Assembly (NCBI GenBank): GCA_965200205.1
Contig: CBDAUI010000002.1
Location: forward strand, 1,449,472 to 1,513,471
DNA: 64,000 nucleotides
Direction of reading: 5' to 3'
From: Candidatus Poribacteria bacterium
Lineage (GTDB): Bacteria; Poribacteria; WGA-4E; WGA-3G
The translations under genes and the position numbers were made by a program. Below are positions 1-9,592 of the stretch, piece after piece; positions within the stretch are counted from its first letter, which is position 1; every line of letters begins with the position of its first letter. Under the pieces are notes generated by a model. That model was not told the origin of the DNA. It ran no database searches and was given only the letters and a program-made list of their open reading frames with translations.

Positions 1-66
1 ATCAACGTCTTGCACTCCAGCGGAGTGCCATGTAAGTAAATAGGTGGCAACTTGCGTTAGAATTAA

Positions 67-519
67 TTGATGCGCAGATTTCTAATACGTATCAAAAACA
101 TATCATTTATAGGGCCATACTCTATGAAACGTCACCAGATTGCAGGTATTTTTGCGGGGATATGTGCGATAGGTTTTGCAATACACAATGCCCTCTCAGG
201 AGATATTATTGAGGCACTCATATACTTCACTGCGTTATCTGTTATGGCCATTTCAAGCTTTTTTAGGGACAGATTCTCAATGAATATTGTCGGTATTTCC
301 ATTGGGATATGTGCGATAGGTTTTGCAATACCCAGTGCCCTCTCAGGAGATATCATTGAGGCACTCATATACTTCACTGCGTTATCTGCTATGGCCATTT
401 CAAGCCTTTTTAAGGACAAATTTTCACCGAGATGGTCTCAGTGGACATTACCGTTTTGGATGTGTGTTGTTTTAATTTGTATCTTCTTGTTTGAGTTCGT
501 TTTTGCTTTTCTTGTTTGA
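67..519 (+). CDS. small hydrophobic (membrane) protein containing an internal 49-aa tandem duplication
   Basis: 150-aa ORF; two nearly identical 49-aa segments (GICAIGFAI..SGDIIEALIYFTALS.MAISS); hydrophobic throughout; no recognisable family. Confidence 0.4.
   Translation: MMRRFLIRIKNISFIGPYSMKRHQIAGIFAGICAIGFAIHNALSGDIIEALIYFTALSVMAISSFFRDRFSMNIVGISIGICAIGFAIPSALSGDIIEALIYFTALSAMAISSLFKDKFSPRWSQWTLPFWMCVVLICIFLFEFVFAFLV
124..417. repeat. 147-bp tandem duplication (2 copies, ~95% identical) inside the 67..519 ORF
   Basis: tatgtgcgat at 161 and again at 308; near-identical DNA over ~140 nt in each unit. Confidence 0.8.
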
Positions 520-573
520 AGTAGTTGTTAACCATCTGCCGTCAAGCGGCAAAATTACCGTCATTTTGATAAA

Positions 574-1497
574 ATGGACACAAAAGATTTATCACTCAGT
601 GTGAATATCGGCGGGATCCAGATGCGGAACCCCGTCATGACGGCATCCGGCACGTTTGGCTATGGCTCCGAATATGCAGATTTCGTGGACCTGAACCGGC
701 TCGGCGCGGTGGTCGTTAAAGGCGTTACGAGCGTGCCGTGGCCCGGCAACCCGATGCAACGCATTATGGAAACCCCTTCCGGTATGCTCAACGCAATCGG
801 ACTCCAGAACGTCGGCGTAGACGGCTTTATTTCGGAAAAGCTGCCCTACCTACGCGATTTCGATGTACCCGTAATCGTCAACGTCTGCGGTAAAACGGTG
901 GAGGAATATCTAACAGTCGTCGAGAAACTAAACACTGCCGAAGGGGTTGCTGGTGTAGAACTCAACATCTCTTGTCCGAACTTAGATTGTGGCGGCATGA
1001 GTTTCGGTGTTGACGCGACATTAGCGCATCAACTCGTCAAAGAAGTCCGTGCCCAAACAGACCTTCCGCTACTGGTAAAACTCTCCCCGAATGTCACAGA
1101 TATTACTGTCATCGCACGCGCCGTTGAGGATGCCGGAGCAGACGGACTCTCTGCTATCAATACGCTCCTCGGGATGGCAATTAACGCAGAAACGCGGAGA
1201 CCGGAACTCGCAAACGTTACAGGCGGACTCTCCGGTCCTGCAATAAAGCCTGTAGCACTTCGATTGGTTTGGGAGGTCTACAAAAGCGTCTCTATCCCAA
1301 TCGTCGGAATGGGGGGTATCATGACAGCAACGGATGCTGTGGAATTTTTTATTGCCGGTGCATCCGCTATAGCCGTCGGGACAGCGAACTTCGTTAACCC
1401 GCAAGCATCAATGGAAGTGGTAAAAGGCATTCACGCCTATATCAAAAACGCAAATATGAAATCAATGAAAGAACTGATTGGCAGTCTACAAATCTGA
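574..1497 (+). CDS. pyrD: dihydroorotate dehydrogenase, class 1 catalytic subunit
   Basis: N-terminal NIGGIQMRNPVMTASGTFGYG and GAVVVKGVT motifs, FMN-binding TIM-barrel signature residues, 307 aa. Confidence 0.9.
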   Translation: MDTKDLSLSVNIGGIQMRNPVMTASGTFGYGSEYADFVDLNRLGAVVVKGVTSVPWPGNPMQRIMETPSGMLNAIGLQNVGVDGFISEKLPYLRDFDVPVIVNVCGKTVEEYLTVVEKLNTAEGVAGVELNISCPNLDCGGMSFGVDATLAHQLVKEVRAQTDLPLLVKLSPNVTDITVIARAVEDAGADGLSAINTLLGMAINAETRRPELANVTGGLSGPAIKPVALRLVWEVYKSVSIPIVGMGGIMTATDAVEFFIAGASAIAVGTANFVNPQASMEVVKGIHAYIKNANMKSMKELIGSLQI

Positions 1498-1585
1498 CAG
1501 CCTTGAAGCGTTCATGCAATCTCTCAATCGGTAGAGAAATATAAGCGATTAACGGGTATACTTACAAAATACCCAGAGGAGGAAG

Positions 1586-2665
1586 ATGCGGCATCTGGTA
1601 ACCCTCGACGATTTGTCGAATTTTGAAATTGAACAGATATTTCGACTCGCAGCAGGCATGCAGTCGCAGCAGGAGACCTGGGCAGGGATCTGCCGCGGTA
1701 AACTGCTGGCAACCCTTTTCTATGAACCGAGCACACGTACGCGGCTCTCCTTTGAGAGTGCTATGGAACGGCTCAACGGTAGAACCCTCGGTTTTTCTGA
1801 TCCTCGCGCGACTTCCACGAGCAAAGGTGAAACGCTTGCAGACACGGCACGGATGGTGACGAATTACGCCGACCTTATTGTTGTTCGACACAACTGGGCA
1901 GGTTCGGCACGTGTCATCGCACAGCATGCACACATCCCTGTCATCAACGGTGGTGATGGCAGCCACACACACCCGACACAAGCACTCGCGGACCTCTATA
2001 CAATTATACGTCGGAAATCACAGATACAAGGGTTAACCGTCGGCGTCTGCGGGGATCTGCAGTTCGGACGTGCAGCACACTCCTTCGCGCTTGCCGTTGC
2101 GCGGTTCGGTGGAAACCTGATTCATATCGCACCGAAACCGTTACAGATGCCACCGTGGGTGCTCGCACAACTTGAACACTGCTATGGACAAACACCCGTT
2201 GAGGTCGAAAGCGTTACAGAGGTAATTGACAAGTTAGATGTCATCTACGTCAACCGACTGCAAGAGGAGCGACTCCCGTCGAATATGGATGCGGCGACTG
2301 TCCGAGGAAGTTATCTCCTGAACGCAGCGGTCATGAAACATGCCAAATCCGATGCGATGATCATGCACCCTCTCCCGCGCGTCAACGAACTCGCTTATGA
2401 GTTAGATGACGATCCGCGTGCCGCCTATTTCGAGCAATCCGCAAACGCAGTCCCAGTTCGGATGGCACTGATTGCCAGTCTCATGGGACTGGAACAACTC
2501 ATCTTAACACAACCCCCAGAGCGAGACATCACTGCTTCTACACATACGTGTGAAAATGCAAATTGCGCCACTAATTATGAGACCTATTTAACTCCAGAGC
2601 GTGAAACGTTCGGTGGAACTGTCCGGTTAGATGCCTGTGCCTACTGCGGGTGCCTTCAGCCTTGA
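1586..2665 (+). CDS. pyrB: aspartate carbamoyltransferase catalytic chain with C-terminal PyrI-like zinc-binding domain
   Basis: STRTR carbamoyl-phosphate binding motif, HPTQ and HPLP motifs; ~50-aa C-terminal extension CENANC...CAYCGC matching the Cys4 zinc domain of the ATCase regulatory chain; GAGGAGG RBS upstream. Confidence 0.88.
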   Translation: MRHLVTLDDLSNFEIEQIFRLAAGMQSQQETWAGICRGKLLATLFYEPSTRTRLSFESAMERLNGRTLGFSDPRATSTSKGETLADTARMVTNYADLIVVRHNWAGSARVIAQHAHIPVINGGDGSHTHPTQALADLYTIIRRKSQIQGLTVGVCGDLQFGRAAHSFALAVARFGGNLIHIAPKPLQMPPWVLAQLEHCYGQTPVEVESVTEVIDKLDVIYVNRLQEERLPSNMDAATVRGSYLLNAAVMKHAKSDAMIMHPLPRVNELAYELDDDPRAAYFEQSANAVPVRMALIASLMGLEQLILTQPPERDITASTHTCENANCATNYETYLTPERETFGGTVRLDACAYCGCLQP

Positions 2666-2675
2666 GGTCATGCCT

Positions 2676-4055
2676 TCACTCGCCTTCGGCAGCTTCGCCA
2701 GTTCGCGGTATCTCCTTTTCCAAGATCGCCATCGCGGTCATTCGCAAGAGTATACTTTTAGAACCAACAGCATACCATTTCCCATCTGTGAATGTCGTGA
2801 CGGCGTAATCTCTTTCGTCAGCATCCGAGACTTCAGAAAAGAAATCATCGGGTAACCAGTTTTCATAAGTGCGGAGTTCGCCGTTATCCCATTGCCATTG
2901 TCCCTCATTTTCAGCATCGCTAAGTCCTATCCAATAGAACTCATGTCCAAAAACCGCTGAGAGCCACGCCTGCTCCTCAGCGTCGTTAATCGTGACGAGA
3001 TGCGCTTTTTCGGCTGTCGCTTGGGCAACAGCAACGTCGCGAGACTCACACGGAATCTTTTTATAGGCGTGCCCATTTGCAGGGTTCACTATCCAAACCG
3101 CGTTAAATGCTGGAACTGATAGCGGTTTGGGTGCCGGTGGCGTACCGGACGGATTGAATGGCATTCTCGGAGGTGACGGTTTGGGCGCAATCGGTTCACT
3201 ATCAAAAGTGAAAGTGAGTCCATCAAGTCGATCCCCCGGCTTAAGCAGCATAGGTCCCGCCGTCGCCTCAAGCTCTTGGTACGCCACCGAAAATGTGTAG
3301 TTTGCAGGGTCATCTTTCTCGTCTAAATAAAAGAGAAAGTAGCCATCAGCATCTGTGCGGGGATTTCCGCCTGAACTTCCATGGCCCTGCCCATCTGCAT
3401 GAGTGTAATTGAAACCGAGGCGGAGCCGCGCGTTGCGGAGCGGTGTCCCGTCTGTAAAGAGGACGCGTCCCCGAATCCGCATCCGAGGTTGCACAATAAC
3501 TTTCACGTTTTTAATATCGGATCCCGGTTCAACGCTAAACCCAATCCGACTAAAGTCATTACGCGGATAGAAGGTTATACCGCGGATGTCAATAGATAAA
3601 ACCTCAAAGTCGGGTTCAAAATCGTCCGTTTCCATCTCTGTAACGCCACTCGTGTATACCGCAGCGAAATCCTTCTCTTCTATAGCCTTCGCAATTTTTG
3701 TCTCAAGATCCTTTGGAAACAGTGCATCCACATTACGAGGGAGTGCGCTAAAGCAGGACATCCCTGCAGCAATACCTGTAATGGCAAACCGTCCCTCTGC
3801 ATCTGTGCGTGCGCGTCGCGTAGTTGGATAACTCATTGGCGAAAAAGCGGGGTGAATTCCGGGTCCGATAGCCATCGTGGGGCCAATCATAACGGGTAAC
3901 TCGGCGACTGGATTCCCTTCTACATCGACAACGCGTCCAGAGAAAGTTCCTGTCTCCACTTCCGCAGCAATACTACGCGAACCTAAACCGATGAAAAGCA
4001 AAACAACTAATATCAACAAAAACAAACCTTTTGTGTAGGATGAACGTTTCATCAT
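2676..4055 (-). CDS. secreted protein: signal peptide + carboxypeptidase-regulatory-like beta-sandwich domains + C-terminal C-type-lectin-like domain (paralog A)
   Basis: N-terminal hydrophobic signal; GRVVD..G.PV motifs; C-terminal WIGLSD..EGQWQWDNG motif typical of CTLD; 28 bp downstream of ECF-fusion gene (operon). Confidence 0.6.
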   Translation of the reverse strand: MMKRSSYTKGLFLLILVVLLFIGLGSRSIAAEVETGTFSGRVVDVEGNPVAELPVMIGPTMAIGPGIHPAFSPMSYPTTRRARTDAEGRFAITGIAAGMSCFSALPRNVDALFPKDLETKIAKAIEEKDFAAVYTSGVTEMETDDFEPDFEVLSIDIRGITFYPRNDFSRIGFSVEPGSDIKNVKVIVQPRMRIRGRVLFTDGTPLRNARLRLGFNYTHADGQGHGSSGGNPRTDADGYFLFYLDEKDDPANYTFSVAYQELEATAGPMLLKPGDRLDGLTFTFDSEPIAPKPSPPRMPFNPSGTPPAPKPLSVPAFNAVWIVNPANGHAYKKIPCESRDVAVAQATAEKAHLVTINDAEEQAWLSAVFGHEFYWIGLSDAENEGQWQWDNGELRTYENWLPDDFFSEVSDADERDYAVTTFTDGKWYAVGSKSILLRMTAMAILEKEIPRTGEAAEGE

Positions 4056-4083
4056 TTTTCTCCTTTTGCGTCGGACGTAAAAC

Positions 4084-6120
4084 TTACTGCTTCACCGGCA
4101 AATTTTCTTTCTCAATCAGTGCTGTCCGGATTAGGGATATTCCGCCATGTCCGAGGCCAAAGTCCTCCCATTTCCCTGAAGGACCTAAAATAACATAATC
4201 CTCTTCTCCGAGACTGGTATCATCCGGTTCTTGCAGTCCCCAATTTGTGTAGGTTACCGGTTCACCGTTGTCCCAGATCCATTGTCCCTCTTGTGCAATG
4301 TCGTTAAGACCAATCCAACTCGGTTGACCGCCAAAAACGGCTTGCAACCACTTCTGTTCCGCTTCGTCGTTGATGGTAACAAGATACCCACCTTCGGCAG
4401 CAGCCTGCGCTTGAGCATCCTCCCAATCCGCACACTGAATCCTTTTGTAAGCGTGACCATTTTCTGGACGGACTACCCATACGTCTTGTAGGCTACCACT
4501 CGCTACCGGGCGGGAACCGCTTGTTGAGGCTGACGTACTCGCAAAATTCCCTTGTCGCGGACGGAAAGCTGAGGCTGGCATATCGTCAAACGTGAAAACA
4601 ACCTCGTGCGTTTGATCTCCGGGTCTAAGGATAATGGGTTTTACGTTTACTGTTTGTCCTTGATATGTAACAGACAGCATGTAAACTGTTGGTCCCTCTA
4701 AATCCCTCCCCGCATAGTACGTAAAATACCCTTCGGTATCTGTATGAGCACTCCCGTCGCTGGAGGAATTTCCGTATAAACTCACTGTTCGCAAGCGGCG
4801 TTTGACTTGTGTATTGACGATGGGTGTTCCATCTATGCGCTGTACCCTCCCGCGGATGTGTGGTTGTTGTACTGTAACTTGAATGTTTTCAATGTGTCTC
4901 CCCGGGCTCGTGGCAAAGACAACGCCGCGTTCCATCATCCCGCTTGGGTAGAGAGACAGTCCTTCAATTTGAACGTCTAAAATGCGCACCGCAGATTGAC
5001 CGAATGGAAATAGTGATAATAACACAGGCCCATCAATCGCAGTGGTGATGCTGAAATGCCCTTCTGCATCACTTTCCGCTTGAGATGACGCGGAGTTGCG
5101 TTCTCGAATTGGGAACCAAGCCCCATTGCCATCTACAACAGGTGTAACGGCTATCTTGATCCCAGATATCGGTTCACCTCTTTCATCAAGAATACGACCA
5201 GAGGCAGATGGAAATAACTTTACATCAGGTTTCTGATTCGGACCCTCGTTCCTACCCGTTGCATCGCGCCGACCAAATTGGTTCTGCACATCCGGTTTTG
5301 ACTCAAGGTTCAGTACAACAGGTGCCTCAATCAACTCAACCGTCATTTCCGACGCTGCATCGAAACTGTACGGTTTCTGGAAACGCGATAGGTATTGATT
5401 ACTGGCACCTAACATTATAAATACCAGTGCTACTGTAGAAGCAGCGATCACCCACGGCACTAATGGTTTACTGCTGCCGGGGACAGCAGGTTTCAAATGT
5501 GAGATCTCCCGCATGATGTGCTCCGTGAACCCCGGTGTGATTTGATAATTGTCTAAAACCTCTCGAATCATCGGCTCCTCCTTCTTTAAACGCTGTTGTG
5601 CACGACGGAGGCGACTCCTAATCGTATTTTCCGATACACCTAAAAACGCACCAATCTCTACACTGGACATCTCACCGAAGTAATGTAGTGTGATGACGGT
5701 ACGTTCACTCTCTTGGAGTTTCGCAAGCAACTTTTTGACGGCTTCGCGTCGGGTTTCTACGGCTGCCTGTTCGTTCTCTTCAATGACATATCCCGAGTAC
5801 GTCGCCTTTTCTAACTGCACACCGCTCGTCTCTTCAAGGGACTGTGTCCGTAGACGCTTTTTACGCAGCCACGTGCTACAGTGATTCGCGGCAATCACAT
5901 AAAGCCAACTCGCAAAACTCTGCGGTTTTTTCAGCGTTGCCAACCCCTGATATGCCTTTAGGAATGTATCCTGTGTAATCTCCTCGGCGATGTGGAAATC
6001 TCCAATCTTACGCCACACAAGCGCGTGAACCGGCTTTTGGTACTTTTTCACAAGTTCACTGAAAGCAGTATCATCACCATCAAGGACACGATGGATAAGT
6101 TCAACATCAATATTTTTCAT
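4084..6120 (-). CDS. ECF sigma-70 factor fused to transmembrane anti-sigma-like segment and extracytoplasmic carboxypeptidase-regulatory-like + C-type-lectin-like domains (paralog B)
   Basis: N-terminal sigma-70 region 2 (FSELVKKYQKPVHALVWRKIGDFHIAEEITQDTF) and region 4 HTH (MSSVEIGAFLGVSENTIRSRLRRAQQRL); TM helix VIAASTVALVFIMLGA; C-terminal WIGLND..EGQWIWDNG; GGAGGTG RBS. Confidence 0.75.
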   Translation of the reverse strand: MKNIDVELIHRVLDGDDTAFSELVKKYQKPVHALVWRKIGDFHIAEEITQDTFLKAYQGLATLKKPQSFASWLYVIAANHCSTWLRKKRLRTQSLEETSGVQLEKATYSGYVIEENEQAAVETRREAVKKLLAKLQESERTVITLHYFGEMSSVEIGAFLGVSENTIRSRLRRAQQRLKKEEPMIREVLDNYQITPGFTEHIMREISHLKPAVPGSSKPLVPWVIAASTVALVFIMLGASNQYLSRFQKPYSFDAASEMTVELIEAPVVLNLESKPDVQNQFGRRDATGRNEGPNQKPDVKLFPSASGRILDERGEPISGIKIAVTPVVDGNGAWFPIRERNSASSQAESDAEGHFSITTAIDGPVLLSLFPFGQSAVRILDVQIEGLSLYPSGMMERGVVFATSPGRHIENIQVTVQQPHIRGRVQRIDGTPIVNTQVKRRLRTVSLYGNSSSDGSAHTDTEGYFTYYAGRDLEGPTVYMLSVTYQGQTVNVKPIILRPGDQTHEVVFTFDDMPASAFRPRQGNFASTSASTSGSRPVASGSLQDVWVVRPENGHAYKRIQCADWEDAQAQAAAEGGYLVTINDEAEQKWLQAVFGGQPSWIGLNDIAQEGQWIWDNGEPVTYTNWGLQEPDDTSLGEEDYVILGPSGKWEDFGLGHGGISLIRTALIEKENLPVKQ

Positions 6121-6279
6121 AAATCACCTCCGATTACCCTATAGTGACGCTTGTTAAGGGTAAAATCGGTGCATAATCAGAAAAAAAGAGGGCGTTTATA
6201 TATTTACTCAGATGTGCCAACGACGAAGTTTTCTTTTCTGTAGTGTGTCAAAAACGTTAGGAAGATTGATAAAGCGCAC

Positions 6280-7794
6280 CTACTCTTCATCAGGTACTTC
6301 CACAGCAAGTGCCTTGGAAACCAATCCATCCTTTTCGATGATTGCCTCTCGCGTGGCTCGCCAGAAATGGCTTTTGGGACCGATAGACTGCCATTCACCA
6401 TCTCTAAAAGTAATCACAACGTAATCTTTTTCGGTCTCTGGTTGTCCGTCAGGGAAAATCGGTTGGGTTGCCCAATTGGTATAGGTAACAGGTTCACCGC
6501 TATCCCATTGCCATTCTCCCTCTTTTTCCACGTCGGTAAGTCCGATCCATGAGGAATGGGACCTAAAAATGACCTGAAGCCAGTGCTGCTCCTCTTCATC
6601 GTTAATAGAGACGAGATGTGCATCTTCCTCAATCGCCTGTCGTTGTCCATCGTGCCAATCCTGACACTGAATTTTTTTGTAAGCATGCCCATTTGTCGGG
6701 TTAATGACCCACACGCTCTTCGGGGGTTTTGGGGGCTGCGGTGGTACAACCGCGCGAGCGACGACTTTAGGTTGGATTTCAACCTGTTCAACAACAATAT
6801 TGTCAGCACCAGCAGGGACTCTACCCTGTTCAATCGGAGCATCGACACCAGTTTTCTGATCGGTGGGTCGTTCGACGTTAGGTGGATTGCCGTCAAGCCT
6901 TAAAATCAGATTCTCTGGTGCCACGCCACCTTTGAGTAAAAAAGGACCTGCCCCTGCAGAGAGACCGTTATGTTGAAAAGAGAGCGTGTAATACCCCGGT
7001 TCATCTCTGTACACCGTAAAATGACCATCAACATCCGAAAAAAAGGACACCGATTCGTTCGATGTATGGTTCGGAAGGTTCGCCTCATTCTGCCATCTCG
7101 CTCTAATCCGTCCTTGGGTGTTGGTGAGGGGTGTACCGTCAGCGTAAAGAATCCGCCCATGAATCTGCATCCGAGACTTGACTGTAATTTTGACGTTTTT
7201 AAGCACTACACCGGGCTTCAACGCGAACGTAAGTCCATCCAAAAAAGCAGGGCCACGTATCTCGGTATGATTAAAAAAGGTGATTTTTCCGACCTGAATG
7301 GAGAGAATCCGCTTATCCGGCTCAAGCGTCCAAAGTCTCATCAATTCGGGCGGGACCTCGCCTTGACGTATTCTTTCCGGGCCAATTTTCTCAAATGCAT
7401 CCAATAGAACACTCGGGACCACGTTTAATTGGACGAGTCCGGGCTGGATATTGGCGGCAGTGAAAGTTCCATCTGAATCGGTTTCTACTCTGACACTCGC
7501 ACGCGGCATTCCTCGTCCGTCCATGCCTTCGGGCAGTTGTTGGAAAGGGTTTAGGAACATACCGTGAGGCTGTAGATGCCCCTCGCGGAGCTGCATGGGT
7601 TGAATAGTGAACATGAATCCGGCAATAGCGTTTCCTTCAGGGTCAATAACTTCGCCTGATATTCCACTCGGTGGTTCTAAAGGCACCTGCGCCGCGACAA
7701 CCCCCGTTACGGTAAATAAAACTGTTAGCATTAACACTGCAAATGTTTGTGTCGTGTAGGGACGACGCATCTCTATATCTCCTTTTATTTTCAT
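6280..7794 (-). CDS. secreted carboxypeptidase-regulatory-like + C-type-lectin-like protein (paralog C)
   Basis: signal peptide FAVLMLTVLFTVTGVVAAQ; C-terminal VWVINPTNGHAYKKIQC..WIGLTD..EGEWQWDSG; start may be internal Met (~7770). Confidence 0.6.
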   Translation of the reverse strand: MKIKGDIEMRRPYTTQTFAVLMLTVLFTVTGVVAAQVPLEPPSGISGEVIDPEGNAIAGFMFTIQPMQLREGHLQPHGMFLNPFQQLPEGMDGRGMPRASVRVETDSDGTFTAANIQPGLVQLNVVPSVLLDAFEKIGPERIRQGEVPPELMRLWTLEPDKRILSIQVGKITFFNHTEIRGPAFLDGLTFALKPGVVLKNVKITVKSRMQIHGRILYADGTPLTNTQGRIRARWQNEANLPNHTSNESVSFFSDVDGHFTVYRDEPGYYTLSFQHNGLSAGAGPFLLKGGVAPENLILRLDGNPPNVERPTDQKTGVDAPIEQGRVPAGADNIVVEQVEIQPKVVARAVVPPQPPKPPKSVWVINPTNGHAYKKIQCQDWHDGQRQAIEEDAHLVSINDEEEQHWLQVIFRSHSSWIGLTDVEKEGEWQWDSGEPVTYTNWATQPIFPDGQPETEKDYVVITFRDGEWQSIGPKSHFWRATREAIIEKDGLVSKALAVEVPDEE

Positions 7795-7856
7795 TAGGAC
7801 TTACGCATGCGGATCTTTTGTAGCACAAACTTCCCAGTTTGTGACTGTTGATACGT

Positions 7857-9164
7857 TCAAGGCTTTTCGACATCACCCTCTGGTTCAGGGGCACCAATGA
7901 TGAAGTTCTCTTTTTCGAGAATCGCTCGCTCTGTCATGCGTACCAGCGGGCTGCCGGGACGCGCCACCTGCCATTTTCCTGTCGTTCCAACGAGGACAAT
8001 GTATTTTTTTGCGTTCGCATCGCTGCCTTGATCGGATTTTAATATCTCAGCAGCCGCCTGTGGCAACATCCAGTTTGTATAGGTCACGGATTCACCATTA
8101 TCCCACTGCTGTTCCCCTGCCTCTGAACCGTTGACCAATCCAATCCAAAAGTGTTCTTCTTTTCCAAAAACTTCACGGAGCCATTCCTGTTCTGCTTCGT
8201 CGTTGATAGCAACGAGATGCGCGCCTTGCGCAGCCGCTCGTTTCTGTGCCTCCTCACGCGTTTCACAACGGATCATTTTGTAGGCGTGTCTATTGTCAGG
8301 ATTGATTGCCCACATACCTTCGCGTTCACGCTTCCGCACCGCTTCAAAGCGTGCTGGGTCGTGGACCTGAGGCGGTCGCACCACGATTCTCTCCGGTCTG
8401 GGGGCCGGCGGTCTATCTGCAAAGGTTAAAACGAGTCCATCAAGCCGCTGCCCATCTTCAAGCAAAATCTCTTCGGATTCTGCAAACTGCCCTTGATAAC
8501 TAACAGTGACAGTGTAGTAAGCAGCTTCGTTGACATATTCCACAAAGTAGCCATCCTCGTCAAGCATCGCTGAGCCACTGCTGCTCCCTCTGCCTCTACC
8601 CTCTACGTCGCGCCGTCTTACACCCAGCTGAACCCTTATGTTACGAAGGGGAGTGCCATCCGCGGAAAGAACGCGCCCGCGAATACGCATCCGAAGCCGG
8701 ACGGTTATCTCCACGTTTTCAATATCCGCCTCTGGTGCAATAGAAAAATTAAGACCGCCAAAAAAGTGCTGGCGTTGATCTAAGTAGACCGATATTCCCT
8801 CAATTTCGACAGAGAGCATTTCATAATCTGAATTGTGTTCAGGGAACAGCGTTAATCGACTCACCGAAGGTGTAGCGATGTTCCGAATCGAAAACGCACC
8901 TGTTGCGTCCGTCTCGCTGGGTGGTGCGGGTGGAAACATACCTTCAAACCATTCGGGCAACTCAACTTGCATCCGTTGGTGTCGGGCTGGTGGTGTATTT
9001 CCCGGAAATGACGGGAGGGCGACAATGAGACCTGCAACAGGTTGTCCGTCCTCGTCAACAACTCTACCTGAAAAATTTGCCGCTATGCTCGGCAAAGAAG
9101 TCGCAAACAAAAGTGCTATACTCGCGGCGAAAACGACAACGGATGCCACGTCCGATCGTTTCAT
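7857..9164 (-). CDS. secreted carboxypeptidase-regulatory-like + C-type-lectin-like protein (paralog D)
   Basis: start at MKRSDV with AAAGGAG RBS; signal peptide; FSGRVVDEDGQPVAGL; C-terminal WIGLVNGSEAGEQQWDNG. Confidence 0.6.
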   Translation of the reverse strand: MKRSDVASVVVFAASIALLFATSLPSIAANFSGRVVDEDGQPVAGLIVALPSFPGNTPPARHQRMQVELPEWFEGMFPPAPPSETDATGAFSIRNIATPSVSRLTLFPEHNSDYEMLSVEIEGISVYLDQRQHFFGGLNFSIAPEADIENVEITVRLRMRIRGRVLSADGTPLRNIRVQLGVRRRDVEGRGRGSSSGSAMLDEDGYFVEYVNEAAYYTVTVSYQGQFAESEEILLEDGQRLDGLVLTFADRPPAPRPERIVVRPPQVHDPARFEAVRKREREGMWAINPDNRHAYKMIRCETREEAQKRAAAQGAHLVAINDEAEQEWLREVFGKEEHFWIGLVNGSEAGEQQWDNGESVTYTNWMLPQAAAEILKSDQGSDANAKKYIVLVGTTGKWQVARPGSPLVRMTERAILEKENFIIGAPEPEGDVEKP

Positions 9165-9380
9165 AGTGAACGTCTCCTTTTGTGGGTGTTTGAGGTGAAA
9201 GGTTGAATGGATCAGATATAATTGCAACTATAACGAATTGTAACATTTGTGTTCGCTATCGTCAATATTAATCATTTATTGCGTCAAGGTCATTCAATTG
9301 TCCGTTTTTCGTGTTGTCCTTTTCGCAGGTGTTAACACTTAATATATGTTATGCTTTTAAGAAAATCGCAGAAAAATTCG

Positions 9381-9405
9381 CTAGATTTCGCTAGATTTCG
9401 CAGCA
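9381..9405. repeat. tandem 11-bp direct repeat (ttcgctagatt x2) in divergent promoter region
   Basis: cgctagatttcgctagatttcgcag seen directly. Confidence 0.6.
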
Positions 9406-9592
9406 TTTCACACCGGATCCTGAAAAAAGATGTCCAATCCAATAATTTCTTAAAATTGAATGATCCTGTTCATTGTGTTTAATTGTATTGACAAAATTCA
9501 GGACGAATGGTAACATAACGTCCAAAGTTCACGAAAACCTATCCTGAATTGCAGGCTGTTGCCTGTAAACCGTGTTACCTTGGGGAATCTGC

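Noticed and set aside
1069-1404. 111-aa minus-strand ORF inside pyrD, and 1562..1981 minus ORF inside pyrB
   Set aside because: Overlap strongly conserved housekeeping genes on the opposite strand; no independent support.
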